Virus record (IMG/VR): IMGVR_UViG_3300025141_000042
Coordinates: 1-64,000 of that record
Source: a virus
Length of the DNA stretch: 64,000 nucleotides
Direction: 5' to 3' (one strand)
A program made the position numbers and the translations under genes. The notes below the pieces were generated by a model, which worked only from the letters and a program-made list of their open reading frames with translations, was not told where the DNA came from and searched no databases. Position 1 is the first letter of the stretch, and each line of letters starts with the position of its first letter. Shown here piece after piece: positions 1 through 9,219 of this stretch.

Positions 1-3000
1 GCGCGATTTACCAGAATCCTTACCAGATCTCCCTCATCGTCATCTGCGATTGTCGCAATATCGTCATTCATTTTCTGTTGAAAGGGATCTTCTTGATCGC
101 CAATGTCCCCAATGTCAATCGGTGCCTTGCCCATCTTTTCCTTGGCGCGCCTTACGAGATTCCTTACTATCTTTTGTTCGCCGGGATCTGCAAGTGTCGC
201 AATGTCGTCGTCGATTTTCTGTTGAAAGGGATCTTCTTGATCACCCTCGCCTAAAACTTTTGAAATTTCTTCTTTGATAATTTGTGCTAATTGCTTTTTT
301 TCCTTACATGCCTTTGCAGCACCGAAGAGACCTTGCTGTGCTTTCGATACTGATTTTTCCTGCAACGGTTCTTCAATCACTTCCTCGCCTTCTGGCCCAG
401 GTGATTCTTTTTCTGCCTCGTATGCTGCGGTTGTAGGTTCCGGCACAGTAGCGGGCAATTCTTTCTCAAACTTATCAAAATATAATTTCAAGTTGGCAAT
501 GAGATATTCATAAAACATTGACTGATCTTTATCATTATCCAAGACAGCATATGCATCAACGATTTGTTTTCCAATGTTGTGGAATGTCTTTTCTGCGACA
601 TTCCTACCGGTCATATCCATGCCGGGGAGGGTTTCAAATTTTTCCTCTTCAGGTGTCTTTGCAAATGAGTCATCGCCAACATCAATGAATTTACCAGCAT
701 CATCATCGCCAACATCGATATCGAGTTCTTGGAGTTTGTCAGCTTCGTCATCTGCTTCATCAGCCAATTCAATCGGTGCCAGTGTTCTGACTGTTTGGTT
801 AATAACATGACTACGATAAGATTTTCGTTGCTGATCATCGGTTGTTAAAGTTTTGAAATCTGATTTTATAACCGGAACAATCCTTTTCAAGAGAGTTGCC
901 AAGACATTGATGCCCGTATTTCTGTGCGGCGGCATATCTGACTTTTCTTGGATTATTAGTTGTCGGATTGTTTCTCGCAAATGTACTTCCATCTGATAGC
1001 GGTCAAGCATTGCTTTCTGACTCTCGTTGATGTAAATAACACCAGATGTCTTCGAGGTGGACTCATCGAGTCTCGCAGTTTGACTTCCCCTTACTTTCTT
1101 TCGGATAAACTCTCTTAGTTTCATTTCTGCTATCACTTCTTCTCGCATGATCATTCCCTCTTTGCTTTTCGGTTCTCTCTTGCCGGCGCCTAATTGGACT
1201 GCTGCGCTGGTCATAGCAGATAGTTCTTGTAATCCTTTCGTCAGATTCCACACTTCGTCTTTTTCTTCAGGTGTCAACTCGGCAGGGAGCAGTTCTTTAA
1301 ATTTCTCATCATCATCTGCATCCATCGCCGGTTTCATATCACCGGTAGAACTCATACCACCGGCCTGAGGCGGTATCGGTCTTATTTCAACATCTACACC
1401 ATTTTCTTTTCCAACTCGGATGGCACGTTGATACCTCCCGTCCATGATGTCTTTTTCTCCCAGGACTAGAATTACTTTGTCGCCTTCTTCTACAAACTCT
1501 TTCAGAAAACTGTAAGTTGCTTGCACAGGACTCCGTGCTTCTGGAAATAGCGATGTACTTACGAAGGCATGTGCCATATCATCTAAATTGTAACGCCGCA
1601 GATAAATGTCCCAAATAGACTTGGATGCTTCGGGGGTGACCCCTTTATGTTCTACGGGTGAGATTAAAATAAAGATCTCATCGGCACTTCCATAGACTTC
1701 TTGAACTGCACCTAGATGCCCTGTGTGCGGAGGTTTGAATTTTCCAGGAAATACAGTTACGATACGATTAAACTCTTCTTTCTCTTCTTCAAGTTTCTTG
1801 ATCGGGGGCACGTTTCCTCTACCAAACTTAAATAACCCTAAGATTTGATTCGCTGGCGCGAAATTGCCGGTAAATTTATACGTTGTGCCATCATAGTCAA
1901 ATACAAACCCTTCTGCGGCAGAACCCACATTTTCTATAGATTTAATTTTTTTCATCTGCTGACTGAGGATCCGCATTGCTTCGTCACTGCCCGAACCTTT
2001 GATCGCGGCAATTGCAGATGCAACTTCAGACCTCAGTCTCTTTATTTCGTTGGGATTATCTAGAATAAAAGCACTTTTTAGTCCTCGTAATGCTTCCACC
2101 GCGAAATCGTGTACGACATCTTCCAACGGGTAAACTATCTTCTTTAAGATGTTTCCTGAATTTTTAACCATGTGTCGTGCTGTGCTTCGCGAAGTTTCAT
2201 CATCTTTCGGAATTTTGGACATTATTTTTGTTAAACTAAAACCTTTTTGGCCAAGGATTCTCGGCACCAGCATATCCCTTGCTTCTTCATTTATATCCGG
2301 GAGATTGGAGAGAACGAGCTCGGAAATTTCCTTTACAATAAAATCGCCGATTGTGTTGTTGTTTGACATCCCAGATTGACGCATAATGTCGGATAGTCTT
2401 TGCGTTGCTTCTTCTGTTGCCTCTTTATTTGTGAATTTTTCTAAATTCCTGATTGCGTTAACTTGTACTCCAAACTTATCACTTGCATCTTCTCTCTGTG
2501 CTCTGACCAGCGCGCCTTCTAGAGTTGCTAGTGTCTCATCATTTTGATATGGCGCCGCATCCCCAGTCTCTTTGTCTAAATTAAGATGACCAACCCGATG
2601 AATGACCAGATTCTTAGTATCATAATTTATAATATTCGGATTCCGAGGGTCCATGATCTCCGCATTATAGAAAATATTCGCATCGGGTCCAAAGATATCA
2701 ATTTGAGATTCAAGGGGGAGAGTTTGAACGGCATCTTCAAAAGCAGCAAAACCTTCTACGAAAGCTTTCTCTAAATTGCCACGACCTGAGAATTTCTGTG
2801 CTAATTCCTCAGCACTCATACCGCCGGACTTTAGATTACCTTTGTTTCTCGCTGCTTTTGCTCTCTTATCGCGGACACTATAAGAAACAAATAGATTTTG
2901 CCCATCTGTCTTCTCTGTTCCGACCAACTCGCCTTCAGAAGCTTTATTAAAGATATCCGTCATTTGACCGAAAGTCAAATCTAGGTTATCATAAAGGTGA

Positions 3001-3026
3001 TTCATATGTCCTGCAACGCCGCCCAT
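1..3026 (-). CDS. Large multidomain protein (3'-partial, >1008 aa): RNA/DNA-ligase-like nucleotidyltransferase domain + HIGH-family (cytidylyltransferase-like) domain + acidic and repeat regions
   Basis: Hand translation from ATG 3026 (abutting the TAA of the upstream gene) stays open to the window edge: MGGVAGHMNHLYDNLDLTF..TEKTDGQN (KxDG)..AEGFVFDYDGTTYKFTG..VFPGKFKPPHTGH (HxGH). Absent from the ORF track because the stop lies outside the window. Confidence 0.85.
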   Translation of the reverse strand, partial: MGGVAGHMNHLYDNLDLTFGQMTDIFNKASEGELVGTEKTDGQNLFVSYSVRDKRAKAARNKGNLKSGGMSAEELAQKFSGRGNLEKAFVEGFAAFEDAVQTLPLESQIDIFGPDANIFYNAEIMDPRNPNIINYDTKNLVIHRVGHLNLDKETGDAAPYQNDETLATLEGALVRAQREDASDKFGVQVNAIRNLEKFTNKEATEEATQRLSDIMRQSGMSNNNTIGDFIVKEISELVLSNLPDINEEARDMLVPRILGQKGFSLTKIMSKIPKDDETSRSTARHMVKNSGNILKKIVYPLEDVVHDFAVEALRGLKSAFILDNPNEIKRLRSEVASAIAAIKGSGSDEAMRILSQQMKKIKSIENVGSAAEGFVFDYDGTTYKFTGNFAPANQILGLFKFGRGNVPPIKKLEEEKEEFNRIVTVFPGKFKPPHTGHLGAVQEVYGSADEIFILISPVEHKGVTPEASKSIWDIYLRRYNLDDMAHAFVSTSLFPEARSPVQATYSFLKEFVEEGDKVILVLGEKDIMDGRYQRAIRVGKENGVDVEIRPIPPQAGGMSSTGDMKPAMDADDDEKFKELLPAELTPEEKDEVWNLTKGLQELSAMTSAAVQLGAGKREPKSKEGMIMREEVIAEMKLREFIRKKVRGSQTARLDESTSKTSGVIYINESQKAMLDRYQMEVHLRETIRQLIIQEKSDMPPHRNTGINVLATLLKRIVPVIKSDFKTLTTDDQQRKSYRSHVINQTVRTLAPIELADEADDEADKLQELDIDVGDDDAGKFIDVGDDSFAKTPEEEKFETLPGMDMTGRNVAEKTFHNIGKQIVDAYAVLDNDKDQSMFYEYLIANLKLYFDKFEKELPATVPEPTTAAYEAEKESPGPEGEEVIEEPLQEKSVSKAQQGLFGAAKACKEKKQLAQIIKEEISKVLGEGDQEDPFQQKIDDDIATLADPGEQKIVRNLVRRAKEKMGKAPIDIGDIGDQEDPFQQKMNDDIATIADDDEGDLVRILVNR
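43..245 (-). repeat. In-frame coding repeat, 144-bp (48-aa) period, core GDQEDPFQQKxxDDIATxAD
   Basis: Near-identical segments at 43-101 and 187-245. Confidence 0.85.
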
Positions 3027-3278
3027 TTATTTGCCCTTTTCCTCTTCTAGAATTGTTAATTTTTCTTCTAGAATATTAACCCTTTCTTGTAATCTTCTAA
3101 CATGTCTTCTTACTTCTCTCAGATGTTCTTGCGCAAGTTCTATCTTGCGTGAATCGGATTGAGTTGAGGGTCTAAGACCCCCCAATGCTTCTTTGAGCGA
3201 TTGTAAATAACTATCTACACTAGGAGATTGTACTGATTCTCCCATCATAAATCTTTTTGTTACTTTGTGGAAATCCAT
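3027..3278 (-). CDS. Small coiled-coil protein
   Basis: ORF track; translationally coupled to both neighbours; heptad-like C-terminus. Confidence 0.75.
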   Translation of the reverse strand: MDFHKVTKRFMMGESVQSPSVDSYLQSLKEALGGLRPSTQSDSRKIELAQEHLREVRRHVRRLQERVNILEEKLTILEEEKGK

Positions 3279-3637
3279 TATTCTCCACCCTCAGACTCAT
3301 CGTCGATGACTGGACTTGGAGCACTCTTCTTAGAAAAGAAGGAACTAAATGTTTCGGTTGTCTTTTCGACAGATTCCTCGACAGACTCTTTAACTTGATC
3401 GAGTTTTTCCTCTGCTGCCTCTTCTGCCTCTTTTGCTTTGGTCTCTACTTTCTTGGCAGCACGAGTTACACGACTCTTTGCTTTCTTTGCAACTGCTTTA
3501 GCATCTGCTTCGGCACTCATAATTGCTGCTTTGGCCTTCTTTGCCATGCTCGCCAATTTACGTGCTAATGCTCTCTTCTTTCGTTGTTTTGGACTAGTCA
3601 TTTGCTGTCTTCTCCTTATTGTGGGGGTGTGGGCCAA
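3278..3637 (-). CDS. Lys/Ala-rich (histone-like) hypothetical protein
   Basis: Basic K/A-rich N-half, acidic C-half. Confidence 0.7.
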   Translation of the reverse strand: MAHTPTIRRRQQMTSPKQRKKRALARKLASMAKKAKAAIMSAEADAKAVAKKAKSRVTRAAKKVETKAKEAEEAAEEKLDQVKESVEESVEKTTETFSSFFSKKSAPSPVIDDESEGGE

Positions 3638-4503
3638 TCTTGAGGATGGCGGTTTGATTTTCGGTCCGGCCGGTTCACCAGTTCCAGCCCGCTAGGGAGG
3701 TTCTGAATAAGAGCATCTGTTATTTTCTTAGCACTATTCCTCAACCCTAACTTTCCTATATTTGGAACTGCTTGAAGATGATTGTATATTTCTTTTTGGT
3801 CTTTCATCGCCCCCGCCTGCGCCAATTTTTTAAATAGATTTTTTAAATTTTCAACTGCGGTAGAAATCTTCATCCTTCCACCGGCCGGATCACGCGCATC
3901 ACTTACCACCATCCCTGGATCTAGATCATTATCCTGCATCATGCTCTCCATTGGACGGAGCAGATTCGCCTGGAAGAAATTCATTAGTTTCTCATTGTCG
4001 AGATTAGCAAGTTTAGGTTCTAGATTTTTATTAAATGTGCTAATCCTTTCACCATATTGACTTTTCTCAATCTTTGCTATATTTTCTTTGTAATTCTGAT
4101 TCTGTTCATCCGATTGGGGCGAATCTGTAGCACTGCTCACTTCCGTGCCGGTTACTTTTGAGGAATCAATAGCATCATTCATAGATTTGACGATATCCTT
4201 GAAGATTTGTTCTTCTTTGTCGATACCGGATCTGTGCAGCAGCATTAAGGTTTGGTTTGCGAACTGTTCTAACTTTTCTGCTTGACTCTTTAGGACATCC
4301 TGCGCATTGTCCGCCTGCCGGGATCCGCGTCGATCTGGGTATTTTCTCTTTAAGTACGCAAGTTTTTCTTCGGCATCTCTGACCTCTGGGTTTTTCATTA
4401 GATCGCTGAGACCGCTGAAAAAATTTTCTTCGATTTCTCCACCGGAAAATTGGTCAGTCAACCTTTCAAATAAAAGTTTATTTTTTGTATCATGAAACTT
4501 CAC
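3616..4503 (-). CDS. Hypothetical protein with divergent class-B leader (MKFHDTKNKLLFERL..EIEE)
   Basis: GTG at 4503 overlaps the upstream TGA (GTGA). Confidence 0.75.
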   Translation of the reverse strand: MKFHDTKNKLLFERLTDQFSGGEIEENFFSGLSDLMKNPEVRDAEEKLAYLKRKYPDRRGSRQADNAQDVLKSQAEKLEQFANQTLMLLHRSGIDKEEQIFKDIVKSMNDAIDSSKVTGTEVSSATDSPQSDEQNQNYKENIAKIEKSQYGERISTFNKNLEPKLANLDNEKLMNFFQANLLRPMESMMQDNDLDPGMVVSDARDPAGGRMKISTAVENLKNLFKKLAQAGAMKDQKEIYNHLQAVPNIGKLGLRNSAKKITDALIQNLPSGLELVNRPDRKSNRHPQDWPTPPQ

Positions 4504-4892
4504 TTTCGATTTCTCCTGGAATCTTCCCAATCTCTCAGCAGCATGCACCCTTCCAGATATGCTTCCTCTTCCATCTTTCTTAGATGCTCGTTTTCTTGAG
4601 CATACCCTTCGCCAACACAACCTAATTTGTCAAACTCTCCTCTGCAATTCTGACAGTGGTGTACAAGTTCGTGAGACACCGATCTTAACACATCTTTCGG
4701 ATGTCTTTTAGAGATATAGACAGTTATAGATTTATTCTCCGGATCATAAAATGCTGTTTTTCCTAGGGGTTCCTCGGCATTCTTTTCATCTGCTCGTAAA
4801 AACAATTTTACAGGTTCAGAAATTGCCAACTTCTTTTTCGCATATGGAAAAAACTCTCTAATTAGATTTTTTATAACGCTATTGCTCTTCAT
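4500..4892 (-). CDS. Zincin-like metallopeptidase
   Basis: SHELVHHCQ (HExxH) plus downstream EEEAY. Confidence 0.75.
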   Translation of the reverse strand: MKSNSVIKNLIREFFPYAKKKLAISEPVKLFLRADEKNAEEPLGKTAFYDPENKSITVYISKRHPKDVLRSVSHELVHHCQNCRGEFDKLGCVGEGYAQENEHLRKMEEEAYLEGCMLLRDWEDSRRNRK

Positions 4893-4928
4893 GACACTGT
4901 AAGTAGATATTTGAAACAGAAAAAGGCC

Positions 4929-5771
4929 TTAGATATCTTGAACTAGAATTTCAAACTGATCGATATAGAGGGTATCGTCATCATCCCCAGCCCCATCTTT
5001 CCAAGCATAGAACCCCATACCAATGTCTTGAAGACTTGGATCTATATATATAGCATCTGTGCTATTCACCCAGGTCGAACCAACCTTTTCCCAGACTTCT
5101 TGACCGCTAGCTACATCTCCAGCGGAACTCGTATAAGCATTTAAAGTAACGCCGGAACCACCCACAGGAATCATATCAAATCGCACTCTGTGCCATTCAT
5201 CGAGAGAATATTTGGTTCCTGAACCCCCCGTGCCTCCGGAGCATTCAATAGGAGGGAAAGAACCATTAATAGTACCCGAAACTTCATTTGTTCCAATATA
5301 TAGATGGGGTCGAGCTGCATCACCTGCACTATTATCCTGTTTCATTCCACTAAACTGTAAAGTATATCCTCCCAAATGGTAAAATCTAACGTCTGACCCA
5401 TGGGTGATATAGTCTTCCGATTGAGCCATGAAAGCTAAACCCACTCCACAATGATCTGCTTGATTCCCGTAACCGTTATATACTCTCAACCATGCTCTCA
5501 TTGAGTAAGCTTTGGAAGTTCCGAGTGAGGAGCTATATATTCCCCCATCAACGGATTCCTTTACTAGGTATCCTCCAAAACATTCGTTGGCATTAGTGCT
5601 AGTAAACATTCGACTATAAAAGTTAGCATTGGTAATAGGATCTGACAAAGTTGAATTCAGGCATGCTGATCCTGTAACACCCCCTGACCATCTAGTTGCT
5701 GGATGACTAGAGGGATCCGTTTCGTTGACGATGAAGAAATCCGAACTTGATAAAATTAAACCTAATGTCAT
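4929..5771 (-). CDS. Gly/Ser-rich beta-sandwich-like protein, possibly virion-associated
   Basis: SD AAGGA; Gly/Ser/aromatic-rich; ends in LYIDQFEIL. Confidence 0.6.
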   Translation of the reverse strand: MTLGLILSSSDFFIVNETDPSSHPATRWSGGVTGSACLNSTLSDPITNANFYSRMFTSTNANECFGGYLVKESVDGGIYSSSLGTSKAYSMRAWLRVYNGYGNQADHCGVGLAFMAQSEDYITHGSDVRFYHLGGYTLQFSGMKQDNSAGDAARPHLYIGTNEVSGTINGSFPPIECSGGTGGSGTKYSLDEWHRVRFDMIPVGGSGVTLNAYTSSAGDVASGQEVWEKVGSTWVNSTDAIYIDPSLQDIGMGFYAWKDGAGDDDDTLYIDQFEILVQDI

Positions 5772-5804
5772 AATAATACTTCCTTTATTTATTGATAAGT
5801 AGTT

Positions 5805-6917
5805 TTACACACCCGATGGAGCACTTTTGCCTACTTTCGGGTCAATTGTCTTCATACCCTTTGCCTTATGTTTGTTTTTTCCCTTCACAGTTAATCTCAT
5901 CATCTTCCCAAAACTCTTCTTTGCTGCCTTTTGATAAGGTTCTTCTTCGTTAACCTTCTCGCTCTCTGAGACCGGTCCTGCTGCATTTCCTGAAGAAGTC
6001 GCAGCAGGCGTATAGAACCACTCGTTTTCGTCCGTTCCTGCCCAACTGACGTGCTCTGAGGGCACTTCTTTGCTCACGACGATGCTGCCTTCGCCCCCGT
6101 GCTCCTGAGCATAGGATTTGGTGAGGGAAACCCAGTCTCCTGGTCTTAGAATCTTTGATGCTTTTGGATTTATTCCTCTGTATATCTTCACAGTCTTTGC
6201 CCCGAAATAAGGAATTGGTCTTCCCCACTTCCCATTGAACTTTTTATAGATTACATTGAGCAGGTTTTCTGGATCTGTATGTTTTGCCCGAAGCAATCTT
6301 TGTTCTTCGCCCTCGTTCATTCTTACCGCGTCGTGCAATATGGAGTCAGCGGTTTCGAGGAGTGTTGTTAATTTCTCTTCAAAGGGATCTTTTGCCTCAT
6401 TAAAAATCTTGCTGTGATTCTGCTCTGCTTTTGATGTGTCTATTTGAGGTCCATTGGAATAATAAATGGAGTCTAGATATTCTACTCCGTGATTATCGTC
6501 TGCTGATTTTTTTACATCAACGAAGTCGCTGCCCTTGCCGTCATAGAACTCTTTCCATACATTCTGAGCTGCTTGACTCACTTGTCCCTTATGGGGACTG
6601 GGCATCAGTCCGTTTCTTCCGGCATGTTGTATGGCAATTCGATACAGTGTCGGTCCATACCCCTTTTCTGCCCAGATTTCTTCAATCTTGAATACCTTTT
6701 GGACACCTTCCCAACCAAATCGAATCACTCCTTTGATAAATGGTTCTATCTTATCTCCATCTTCTATCTTGTCTTCTATCTTATCTTCTATCTTATTCTC
6801 TAGATCATATAAGATAATGTATGAGCCATCAATATAAAGTCCCAATTTTGAGATGTCTTCGATTGCTGCTTCTGAGATACAGGAAACTTGTTTTTTTATC
6901 GTAATCTTAATCTTCAT
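5805..6917 (-). CDS. Two-domain protein: GNAT-like + ART-like, class-C leader MKIKITIKK..CISE
   Basis: KGYGPTLY (acetyl-CoA-binding-like motif); KIYRG..GDWVSLTKSYA..EWFY (R-S-E-like ART pattern); (KIED)n repeat. Confidence 0.6.
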   Translation of the reverse strand: MKIKITIKKQVSCISEAAIEDISKLGLYIDGSYIILYDLENKIEDKIEDKIEDGDKIEPFIKGVIRFGWEGVQKVFKIEEIWAEKGYGPTLYRIAIQHAGRNGLMPSPHKGQVSQAAQNVWKEFYDGKGSDFVDVKKSADDNHGVEYLDSIYYSNGPQIDTSKAEQNHSKIFNEAKDPFEEKLTTLLETADSILHDAVRMNEGEEQRLLRAKHTDPENLLNVIYKKFNGKWGRPIPYFGAKTVKIYRGINPKASKILRPGDWVSLTKSYAQEHGGEGSIVVSKEVPSEHVSWAGTDENEWFYTPAATSSGNAAGPVSESEKVNEEEPYQKAAKKSFGKMMRLTVKGKNKHKAKGMKTIDPKVGKSAPSGV

Positions 6918-6947
6918 CTTATTTCTTCTTATTCTCAATAATAATGT

Positions 6948-7742
6948 TTATTCTTTCTTAGCTGGCATAAAAGGCCTTAAAGAGCCCCACTTATTAACTC
7001 GCAGGGCAGGGCGAACTAGTTCAGATGCCACAAAATTAACACCGCCGACCAATGGTCCAATCCACCCTAACCACTTTTTAACGTCTGTAACATGAGCCAC
7101 ATTTCCAATAAAGTCCTCTCCAAAGAATTTTGTAACACTCCCTATTAGAAATTCTTTAACTTGATTAATTACTTCTTCTTTCGCCATATCTCTCGGATTT
7201 GTGGCACTAGCTAGCGAGTCGATGAGAGCACCGATTTTCTTTTGAATCCATATTAACCCAACAGCCATAGAGGTACCGGGTATCACTTTCTTCCAACTGC
7301 TAGGACTTTTAAAGAAAGAGTCAAGCATCGCCTTTAGCTTTTGAAGTAGTTTGTTGGCAGCTGCACCAACTTTAGGTAAGCTACTGGCAACTTCAAGTGC
7401 TTTTTTTAGTTTTTTGGTATTTTCGTTTATTAGCCTGCCAATTATTGTATTCCATTTATCGATGGAATCACCCGTCTCGTCTATTAACATATTATAAAAA
7501 GCTTGCAAAAGATTTTTCATGTTGCCAGCGGCCGTTTTTAAATTCTCAGCTACGCTCTTTATGAAGTTCTCTAAGAGCATATGCTCTTCTAATATATGTC
7601 GCCTTAACTCCTCGCTGATTATGGTATCGCCCGATTCGTTAACCGGAAGGCTAATGCCCAATACTCTCGCGACATATATGTGGTTCTCACATATTTGGCT
7701 TTCTTCCATATACACTCGCCAATTTTCCATCAATAGTTTCAT
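6948..7742 (-). CDS. Helical hypothetical protein with class-A leader MKLLMENWRVYMEE
   Basis: ORF track; amphipathic and hydrophobic helices. Confidence 0.8.
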   Translation of the reverse strand: MKLLMENWRVYMEESQICENHIYVARVLGISLPVNESGDTIISEELRRHILEEHMLLENFIKSVAENLKTAAGNMKNLLQAFYNMLIDETGDSIDKWNTIIGRLINENTKKLKKALEVASSLPKVGAAANKLLQKLKAMLDSFFKSPSSWKKVIPGTSMAVGLIWIQKKIGALIDSLASATNPRDMAKEEVINQVKEFLIGSVTKFFGEDFIGNVAHVTDVKKWLGWIGPLVGGVNFVASELVRPALRVNKWGSLRPFMPAKKE

Positions 7743-7767
7743 TTTTTCTTGTCCTCTTCCGCGCCAA

Positions 7768-8010
7768 TTAACGCGATCTTAAAAATTTCCAAATTTGATA
7801 TTTTTTCTCATCAAATTCTACCATTTCTGATGGTATTTTCCCTGCTGGTGCTATGTAAGTCTCTACCCAATCTCTTGCTTCAAACAATTCTTGTTGCTCA
7901 TCGACTAAATCTTGATCATGCTTGAAGCGTAATACCTTGTCGATATTAGAAATTTCTTCGTTTATTTCTGCCAAAAGTAACTCAGAATTGCAAGTGTGAA
8001 AATTATACAT
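7768..8010 (-). CDS. Hypothetical protein
   Basis: SD AGAGG upstream; fits the operon. Confidence 0.7.
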   Translation of the reverse strand: MYNFHTCNSELLLAEINEEISNIDKVLRFKHDQDLVDEQQELFEARDWVETYIAPAGKIPSEMVEFDEKKYQIWKFLRSR

Positions 8011-8018
8011 ATTTACCT

Positions 8019-8501
8019 CTATTTCGTCCTACTGCCATGTTGTGTTATTCTCCTCGTTTTGACCTGGTTCAATATATCCATAGTCTTGATGTTATATTGG
8101 TCTGAATTTAAGTCTTTTGAGCTATTCCCAGACTGGACAAGTTCTAACCACTTTTCCCAGACACCTTCTTCTGCTTTTTCTTTGATATGGTTTCGAGTTA
8201 TAATGATTGGAATATCTTTTCCCAAAAGTTTTGCCGCCATCACCCTGTGGTGTCCATCACCGTGCTTGAATGTGCCGTCCAGAAACACTGTGATTTCTAC
8301 AGGCTCAGAAAGGTCAACCGTTTTTGCCCATGCTAGTTTTTCCTCATCACTCTTTTTGAAAAATTCTTTCCAGTGTGGCTCTGTTCTGTATTCACCCATA
8401 TGTGATTCTAGGTGTTCAGCAGGAAAATGAATATGTTGCCCTTTGGGAACATATTCTTCCACTTCAATAAACTTCCTGAAATTTTCCATTAGGAGTTTCA
8501 T
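8019..8501 (-). CDS. ParB/sulfiredoxin-like domain protein, class-A leader
   Basis: DGHHRVMAAKLLG..IPI motif. Confidence 0.75.
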   Translation of the reverse strand: MKLLMENFRKFIEVEEYVPKGQHIHFPAEHLESHMGEYRTEPHWKEFFKKSDEEKLAWAKTVDLSEPVEITVFLDGTFKHGDGHHRVMAAKLLGKDIPIIITRNHIKEKAEEGVWEKWLELVQSGNSSKDLNSDQYNIKTMDILNQVKTRRITQHGSRTK

Positions 8502-8591
8502 TTATCCGTGCCCGCCAGTTGTTATTTCCCACACTTTTAAGTTACTATTAGACATCATCACTCCTTCTGTGTTGGTTTGGTCTGTTCTGGC

Positions 8592-8620
8592 GTTATAGCA
8601 CAGAACAGAGCGCTTGTCAA
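8592..8620 (-). promoter_or_regulatory. sigma70-type promoter
   Basis: TTGACA-17-TATAAC with TG extension. Confidence 0.7.
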
Positions 8621-8625
8621 ACTTT

Positions 8626-9219
8626 TTATTTTTTTAATCTTATTATCCATGCCGGCACACTCGCACCAGACTTCTTCGCCAAGAAAACACGATGGTTGCC
8701 GTCAGCAACTTCGAGTCTGCCATCGGGTTCTTCCACTGCCGTGACTGGGGGCAGGTTCGCAAAATCAATGCCGTCTGGGTCTTTATCGCTATCGCGAAAA
8801 TACCTGTCTATCTTTCCCGACTTATAATCTTGATATTTCTGTTCCCTGTCTCTCATGTTGTCGCCTGAAACAAAAAGTTCGTCAGCATTGACTACTTCTG
8901 CTGTTTTTGGCGCATCGTACTTCTCTAGGTTCAATATAACATTTCTAATTTCCGAAAAAGGCGGAATTTCAGTCTTGTGATGTTCGACTGCTTCTCGCGC
9001 CCAACCTAAATCAAGCAGTTCTGACGCTAGGATCTGAACATTTTCAGGATTCTTGTACTTTGCATCAAAATCTTCCAACTCTCTAGTTGATATCATCTCG
9101 TTGAGATGCTTTCGCCATTCTTCACTAGATGATTCTTTTGCTTTTTCAATATCGATTGCATCCATTTTAGAATCGCCTTCGATTAAATATTGTCGCCATT
9201 GTTCTATCAGAAGTTTCAT
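8626..9219 (-). CDS. ParB/sulfiredoxin-like domain protein, class-A leader
   Basis: LPPVTAVE..VADGNHRVFLAK..VPA. Confidence 0.75.
   Translation of the reverse strand: MKLLIEQWRQYLIEGDSKMDAIDIEKAKESSSEEWRKHLNEMISTRELEDFDAKYKNPENVQILASELLDLGWAREAVEHHKTEIPPFSEIRNVILNLEKYDAPKTAEVVNADELFVSGDNMRDREQKYQDYKSGKIDRYFRDSDKDPDGIDFANLPPVTAVEEPDGRLEVADGNHRVFLAKKSGASVPAWIIRLKK

Noticed and set aside
611-1251. Short minus ORFs 611-838 and 1063-1251
   Set aside because: Out-of-frame overlaps inside the long 1-3026 ORF.
6748-6800. 12-bp (KIED) repeats, and 15-bp (DEPPA) repeats near 53470-53520
   Set aside because: Simple in-frame low-complexity expansions with no sign of phase variation.
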